A stretch of DNA of 64,000 nt, taken from Candidatus Poseidoniales archaeon. GTDB taxonomy: Archaea; Thermoplasmatota; Poseidoniia; Poseidoniales; Thalassarchaeaceae. Location of the stretch: assembly GCA_003602515.1 (NCBI GenBank), contig QQSB01000003.1, positions 15,388 through 79,387 on the forward strand, given 5' to 3'. Shown here piece after piece: positions 63,924 to 64,000 of this stretch. The notes under the pieces were generated by a model. That model was not told the DNA's origin. It saw nothing but the letters and a program-made list of their open reading frames with translations, and did not search any database. The stretch's first letter is position 1. The number at the start of each line of letters is the position of its first letter. The translations under genes were made by a program, and so were the position numbers.

Positions 63924-64000
63924 ATGGCTATCGAGTTGGTCTGGTTCAAGAGGGACTTGAGGGTCCACGACAACCAGGCACTGGTGGATGCCTCGAATTC
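63924..64000 (+). CDS. Photolyase/cryptochrome family protein, N-terminal fragment (runs off the window)
   Basis: Hand translation from the ATG at 63924 gives MAIELVWFKRDLRVHDNQALVDASN. This matches the conserved photolyase N-terminus (WFRRDLRxxDNxAL). Truncated by the window end. Confidence 0.6.
   Translation, partial: MAIELVWFKRDLRVHDNQALVDASN

Noticed and set aside
1-64000. tRNA, rRNA, other structured RNA genes, IS elements, integrases and prophage remnants
   Set aside because: Intergenic gaps are mostly under 120 nt. The few larger ones (20569-20803, 35436-35875, 62729-62917, 63689-63923) show no cloverleaf-like or rRNA-like sequence. No transposase or integrase motifs were seen in any translated ORF. 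A covariance-model scan would be needed to be certain.

Overview
This is a gene-dense chromosomal segment with very short intergenic gaps. I saw no rRNA, tRNA, CRISPR array, transposase or integrase. All calls come from reading the supplied translations and the DNA by eye; no searches were run.

The content reads as archaeal. It includes a TATA-binding protein, a GHMP-type shikimate kinase, the CTP-type FAD synthetase RibL, mevalonate kinase and an HTH_10 regulator. TATA boxes sit about 25 nt upstream of several start codons, which suggests leaderless mRNAs. The gene mix (secreted subtilases, PKD and BNR surface proteins, H+-pyrophosphatase, acyl-CoA dehydrogenase, a photolyase start at the right edge) would fit a marine heterotrophic euryarchaeon such as a Thermoplasmatota or Poseidoniales-like lineage. 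That placement is inference only.

Main blocks:
- aroK-aroC (1-2 kb).
- One long, tightly coupled minus-strand train (12.4 to 2 kb). It encodes a three-subunit xanthine-dehydrogenase-family molybdoenzyme followed by a secreted protein, a DUF4350-like protein, MoxR, DUF58 and a membrane protein.
- Mo-cofactor accessory genes (XdhC-like, MocA/MobA-like), interspersed with a subtilase, a regulator, a ZIP transporter and a CaCA transporter (12.4-17.6 kb).
- An orphan fused 2-oxoacid dehydrogenase E1 alpha-beta gene (17.7-20.6 kb).
- MoeB/UbaA-rhodanese and trxB.
- A ribH-ribE-ribL-ribB operon.
- hppA, nadE, ileS, cysS, mvk, tbp, bcp, nth, an SSS transporter, an acyl-CoA dehydrogenase and an NMO-type enzyme.

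Most interesting observations:
1. A single 1292-codon ORF fuses a secreted subtilase, through one TM helix, to an AmpG/PAT-type MFS permease (26507-30385).
2. A 200-nt island at 18% GC carries six copies of an ACCACA(T) iteron. It sits upstream of the E1 gene, which itself carries an N-terminal C4 zinc ribbon.
3. The TBP has a ~57-residue acidic insertion in its second repeat.
4. An unannotated 21-codon ORF encodes MPCDCCDCDPCGPTCSCDDCC (9 Cys) behind a TATA-like box.
5. The molybdoenzyme FAD subunit has a 7-Cys insertion reminiscent of the extra [4Fe-4S] loop of 4-hydroxybenzoyl-CoA reductase.
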